A stretch of 63,581 nt of DNA, counting the filler, from Craspedostauros australis (lineage: Eukaryota): NCBI GenBank assembly GCA_030167865.1. It is 10 parts of 10 records of this genome, joined end to end, with 100 filler letters (N's around TTAATTAATTAA, not from the genome) between each part and the next. Parts side by side here need not be neighbours in the genome. Positions count along the whole stretch, not along the records: positions 54,412 to 59,229 come from JALAGF010006061.1; positions 59,330 to 63,581 come from JALAGF010006062.1; 8 more parts are not named here. The stretch is one strand, 5' to 3'. The translations under genes were made by a program, and so were the position numbers. Under the pieces are notes generated by a model. The model made no database searches. It worked only from the letters and a program-made list of their open reading frames with translations, and was not told where the DNA came from. Below, piece after piece: positions 58,691 through 63,581 of the stretch. Position 1 is the first letter of the stretch. Every line of letters starts with the position of its first letter.

Positions 58691-59020
58691 TCATTCTAGT
58701 CGCGTGGATCCAACATCACAAAATTCGTTAGCTTCTGCCGAAGGTTCGATGATGTTCTCACGTATTTATCGTCAGGTGATCAGTCACGGACTTGCTTCCG
58801 AAGGTCTCAGTCGTTTGGTACGCGTTAATTACACGTTAGCATGTGCCACAGGATTCCACATTCTGCTCGTCACAAAACAGATGACACAAAACACATCACA
58901 CAAAACACATCATCTCCAACATTTCGCAAAATCGCGCCACACTATGGCTCCATTCACAACTTTCCTCGCCAATGCCCTGCACACTCGCCCTTTCGCTCCA
59001 TGCCCGTTCTCGTCACACTT

Positions 59021-59055
<35 letters not shown>

Positions 59056-59076
59056 TGCTGTTGTTGTTGTTGTTGT
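59021..59076. repeat. Compound microsatellite (GTA)n(GTT)n
   Basis: Directly visible. Confidence 0.95.
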
Positions 59077-59329
59077 CACCAGGTGGTTGGCCTTTCATCG
59101 TATGCTCTCCTTCCTCACTTCGTCTCAACCTCTGCAGTTCATCACATCCAACGAGCAAACAGCACTACTCTCCACCAACAACTCCACCATGCCTCTCTCC
59201 ACCACCACCAAGGCCCTCTCCAAGGATGCNNNNNNNNNNNNNNNNNNNNNNNNNNNNNNNNNNNNNNNNNNNNTTAATTAATTAANNNNNNNNNNNNNNN
59301 NNNNNNNNNNNNNNNNNNNNNNNNNNNNN

Positions 59330-60058
59330 ATGTCGAAACACGTGTCAGCACATCAAGGTAAGCACCACGGGAGTCGCATGTTCACCACTGATGCGTTGTG
59401 GGAAGCTTGCAAAACCTGTTGGGAGCAATTTGGGCTGGACAAGCTGGCGCGTGCGTATGTTCGTCACCATCAGATNNNNNNNNNNNNNNNNNNNNNNNNN
59501 NNNNNNNNNNNNNNNNNNNNNNNNNNNNNNNNNNNNNNNNNNNNNNNNNNNNNNNNNNNNNNNNNNNNNNNNNNNNNNNNNNNNNACGAGATCGGTGTGA
59601 CTGTGTCTCACATGGACTTCGCGTTGGAGGAGGATGATGATGAGGCAACCAACATGACCACCAAGAAACCAACTGCAACAGGCAACAAAGGCAAATCAGT
59701 TGGCTTCAAATATGCCAAGCCTGACATGAAAGGTATGTACAATGATACCCTCAAGGTGATGGCTATCAGTGCTCTGCAGTGCCTGAAAACGAACCTGCCA
59801 ACAACCAGCAGCCTCATTCCGTTGCTGGAGGAGCAAATCGTCGCGACCACCAAAGCCAANNNNNNNNNNNNNNNNNNNNNNNNNNNNNNNNNNNNNNNNN
59901 NNNNNNNNNNNNNNNNNNNNNNNNNNNNNNNNNNNNNNNNNNNNNNNNNNNNNNNNNNNNNNNNNNNNGCCATGAACACATTCGACGTGGCCATGTTCGC
60001 TGGCAAGGACGAGCATCACAGCAAAGCAGGGCAGGATACCAACACAGCAGAGGTGTAG
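59330..60058 (+). pseudogene. Possible C-terminal fragment of a Tc1/mariner-like transposase
   Basis: MSKHVSAHQG..TTDALWEACKTCWEQFGLDKLARAYVRHHQ resembles the helical region after the last catalytic residue of such transposases. Catalytic motifs are not in the contig and the region is heavily gapped. Confidence 0.4.
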
Positions 60059-61210
60059 CTGCAAATCAAAGTAGTAGTAGTATATGTTATAGGCGCACCT
60101 GTGATTGGAGTGCCCGTGTGCGCATCGTCTGTTGGATGGCATGGAGGATTGTGATGTGTGGTGTGTGATGTTTGTTTTGNNNNNNNNNNNNNNNNNNNNN
60201 NNNNNNNNNNNNNNNNNNNNNNNNNNNNNATCGTCGCGACCACCAAAGCCAACGAGGAGGCTGAACACCAGAAGAAAGGCAAGAAGAAGAAGATACCCAG
60301 CAAGAGCAAAGCCGAGATCATTGAGCCTCGCAACAGCAATAGCAAAGCCAAAGCAGCACCNNNNNNNNNNNNNNNNNNNNNNNNNNNNNNNNNNNNNNNN
60401 NNNNNNNNNNNNNNNNNNNNNNNNNNNNNNNNNNNNNNNNNNNNNNNNNNNNNNNNNNNNNNNNNNNNNNNNNNNNNNNNNNNNNNNNCACCTGTGATTG
60501 GAGTGCCCGTGTGCGCATCGTCTGTTGGATGGCATGGAGGATTGTGATGTGTGGTGTGTGATGTTTGTTTTGTGTTTTGTGTTTTGTATTTTGTGTTTTG
60601 TGATGAGTGATGCGATTTTGTGACACAGACCGTTATTTTTGTGTCGTGAATGGTGTGCGTCGTGGAGCCATCGCGTTGTGAAGCCGTCACGTTGTGTTGT
60701 GCCGCTCTGGTCGGAAAAATTCCAGCCGAACCACACACANAAAACGCTCCAAGGCCTCAACTGCGTCGATCGGAGCGCCAGCACAATCGGTGTGTGTCGC
60801 ACAAACCAATCGAATGGCAAAGGCTTCTCTCTGTTGTCGCCGCACTTGTATATCTGTACCACATCGTACCATGCCAGTACTCCGCTTTCTTTTCATCACA
60901 AATGTGCAACCCTCATGATCTTCGCTGCCATCAAGTCCAAGCATCCGTACTCGTCACTGGAGCACCAACGATGCATCCTCTGATCATTCATCTCTGTTGG
61001 TGCCTTGTCAATGGCACGGCCACTGGCACAATCGTCATGTATTGGTAGAGTAGAGTAGAGCAAAGCAGAGCGCAACAAATACACACCATAAAATGCTCGT
61101 ATGCTATACTATGCTGTGTTGTGATGTGATGTGCTAGTGCAGCTCCTATAATACGTTACATACGACTATGCATTGTGCCCATTGCACCCACTGCACCTTT
61201 CTTGTGTAAT

Positions 61211-61459
61211 CTATCTATTCCACCACAGTTCGGAAGCATCCAAACCCCGAACATTGGTGATCTTCTTGATGCATATCATGTTGTTGCGCTTGGTATCGCA
61301 CGCGCTGTGATGGCTGGGTGACAGCCAGCTGACATCGACCTCGTCAAATCCGCATTCGATGAACCATTCCGTCGTCTGCGTGCTGAAGACGAAGATACAG
61401 GATGCCCCCTCCTGCAGACACAGACGTTCCAGATAGCCAAGCATGGCATCACCGAGTCT
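61211..61459 (-). pseudogene. argA: Isolated, decayed C-terminal fragment of amino-acid N-acetyltransferase (ArgA/NAGS GNAT domain)
   Basis: GDAMLGYLERLC..IFVFSTQTTEWFIECGF..KR..KKI..LDASELWWNR matches the ArgA C-terminus pattern (LSTxTxxWFxERGF..LPxxR..Y..R.SK). No upstream ArgA sequence was recognised. Confidence 0.7.
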
Positions 61460-61971
61460 TTGTTTTAGTTCGCACATAGCGCTTCCTCGATGAGCTGGCC
61501 TCGAACAAGACAAGTTTAGAATACTCGACGAGTTGAACGACGAGCACGCAAGTGCACTCGTATGAACGTCTGGACAGAGCGGTTGAGACTGCAGTCAGGT
61601 TGTGTGGTTCATCTTCGGATATGCCCCCTTGAAGTCATGGGCAAAGGTACCATATCATACTATACTAGCACATGGAAGTACCAGAATGCACAACTGGCAA
61701 GGCGCGGCGCCGCACAGGATGCAAGCGATTGTTACACGACCGTANNNNNNNNNNNNNNNNNNNNNNNNNNNNNNNNNNNNNNNNNNNNNNNNNNTTTGTT
61801 ATCTTGATGACGTTTCCGGATCACATCGATACGTGGCGATGCAATGTGATCGAGATATCTTCTCATTGTTGGCCTTTCTGTCCTCCGTCTGTTCTTCAGT
61901 GTTTGTGTGCCAGCATGTGTTCGTGCGAGTACACACGCACATGTGCGTGCGGCAGGGAAGTGGAATTCTCC

Positions 61972-63324
61972 TCATCCGTCCTCTCCGCAGAACGACGCCG
62001 CTCTTGTTTGGTGACGATGTGCGATGGCTCTCAGCGTGCTTGAGGACCCTGCCATGCCTTGTTGTGCCTGCGCTTGTGTCTGCAACTTCTGAGATGTGCT
62101 GATCGGCGCACCGGATGTGAAAAGATCATCGTTGGACATGTGCTCACATGGATCGAAAAATTCCATGTCACTGCTGTTGTCATCGCTGTTGTTGTCGTTG
62201 GCCTCCATGCTTACTTCGTTCATGACCATTTCATGTGGATCCCTGATCCATCTCACTTCCGTCCTGCAAGCTTCTGCCATCTCCATTGTCAACATGACTT
62301 TCGTCATCGCCAATGTCAAACCTTTTCGGCGATGTCGCCGGAAAGGTTTTGTTTGCCCGCATTGTCACTGATGTCATCGTCTTCCTCCTCTCCGCAGCTG
62401 TCCGCGCCAATGTCGAAATCTCTGGATTGGTTGGACATTCTGGCATCAAGATGATCATGTGTTGATCTGCGAAGAGTGAATCGACCTCTCAGTAGTCCAG
62501 AATATTCAACATGGTTCCTTGCTGGCGACCTCGTTGCGAGAGATTGGATCTGATTTAGCGTGAAGCCAACTGGAAGCGCGAGCGAGCAGTCGATGAACAT
62601 CCCGATCTTGCGCGACCATACAATACCTCACTTCGGCTGCTGGACGGGCCTCATTGGCCTCATGGTCCTCCTGCCGCGCTTCCTTCAGTCTCCGCTTGAG
62701 GATCTCAACCTCGGTATGAGGTCTTTGGAACACATGGTGGTGGAGTTGTGAAGTTGCGCAGTTGAGTCATGGGTCCTTTGTGAGAAAGGAAAGCGAGGGA
62801 ACATGCGGCACAACTGAAGAAGTGAAGGGAAGAGTGCCAAAATCTTGAAAATAGAATGAGAGTTCGGTCGACATCTCGAATCGCCCCACTTCACGCAATG
62901 AAGGCAATCTCAGCGATGGCAAGGCAGTGGCATCTGAAACAGAATTGGAATCTCTCCGGATCTCAACTTACAATCTTTGGGTGTGTGGGACGCGATTTCC
63001 ATCCACGAGACCTTGGGGAGGGCAGCCGCAATGTTGGTATGATGTGCTGGTTGTGGCACGATTGGCTGCACGACGTTGGCATTGGCACACATCATGAGAT
63101 ATTTGAACGGCTCTCGGAAGCTATCACGGTAGTGGCTGATAAGGACGGCTCCATATTCGACTGAGGATGACAACTTCATTTGTGCCATGGGCATCTTCCA
63201 CCATTCCGCTGAAACGGACTGCGGATTCAACAGTGTTTGTGAAACCTTGAGTCTTCGGCGGGATCACCGAAGATGGATCCACACAGTTGTCCCTCCGCGA
63301 AACCATGATGAATTCATCATCCAC
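61972..63324 (-). pseudogene. Possible degenerate gene of unknown function (coiled-coil and acidic fragments)
   Basis: Series of short same-strand ORFs with protein-like composition (EVEILKRRLKEARQE; DNNSDDNSSDMEFFDP) separated by stops and frameshifts. Confidence 0.3.
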
Positions 63325-63581
63325 TCAAATCGTTGCATCGATTCGGATGATGCGAAAGTATGTGTTCGTTTGTTGTTCATTTGCAATGCAACGATGAAGA
63401 GCAAGAGGTGGGTACCAAGGCGTCAGATTCTATTGCATCGTGGTGAATTGGCGTTGGCATTGTGGCGCAGCGCACAGCAGTCCACTGTTCGCTTCGCACA
63501 AGGAACAGAGCAAAATGATCTCCAATAATTGCACAGTGGGTGACGAGCAACAGGCCCATTGCAAATTGACAGCAATGGACC

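Noticed and set aside
1..63581. Fanzor/TnpB, HUH/Rep-helicase, tyrosine recombinase, rRNA or tRNA genes
   Set aside because: I looked for the characteristic motifs by eye in the ORF track and found none. HMM and covariance-model scans would be needed to exclude degenerate copies.

Overview
Eukaryotic draft-assembly sequence, almost certainly from a diatom (inferred from Copia/CoDi-like and Ambal-like retroelements, a cyclase-PDE fusion gene, an RxL-type secreted protein and GT-AG introns). It is not one locus. Nine artificial N..TTAATTAATTAA..N linkers join ten unrelated scaffolds (1-5305, 5405-13057, 13158-18089, 18190-20274, 20375-31096, 31197-40192, 40293-47418, 47519-54311, 54412-59229, 59330-63581), and many 50-N gaps are flanked by duplicated sequence. 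Host genes: a Cys-rich secreted protein, a probably extracellular protein with a ~590-aa Ser-Asn-Gly repeat tail, a two-exon tandem HVA22/REEP-like membrane protein, a class I SAM methyltransferase, a mitochondrial carrier, a large STAND/AAA_16 ATPase-TPR protein (plus the 3' tip of a paralog), a spliced receptor-type nucleotide cyclase-phosphodiesterase fusion and a decayed argA fragment. About half of the window is transposons, often nested. These comprise a near full-length Copia whose Gag-Pol carries a hydrophobic segment and an extra domain, a piggyBac-like element ending at an ATAT site, two families of solo-LTR-like TG..CA inserts with 6-bp TSDs that always sit inside other TEs, a GTT..AAC non-autonomous family with a 7-bp TSD, a GAGCCC-terminus family and three LINE remnants. 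No rRNA, tRNA or CRISPR array was recognised. The best novelty candidates are the SNG-repeat protein, the Copia Gag-Pol accessory segments and the unusual TE termini/TSDs.
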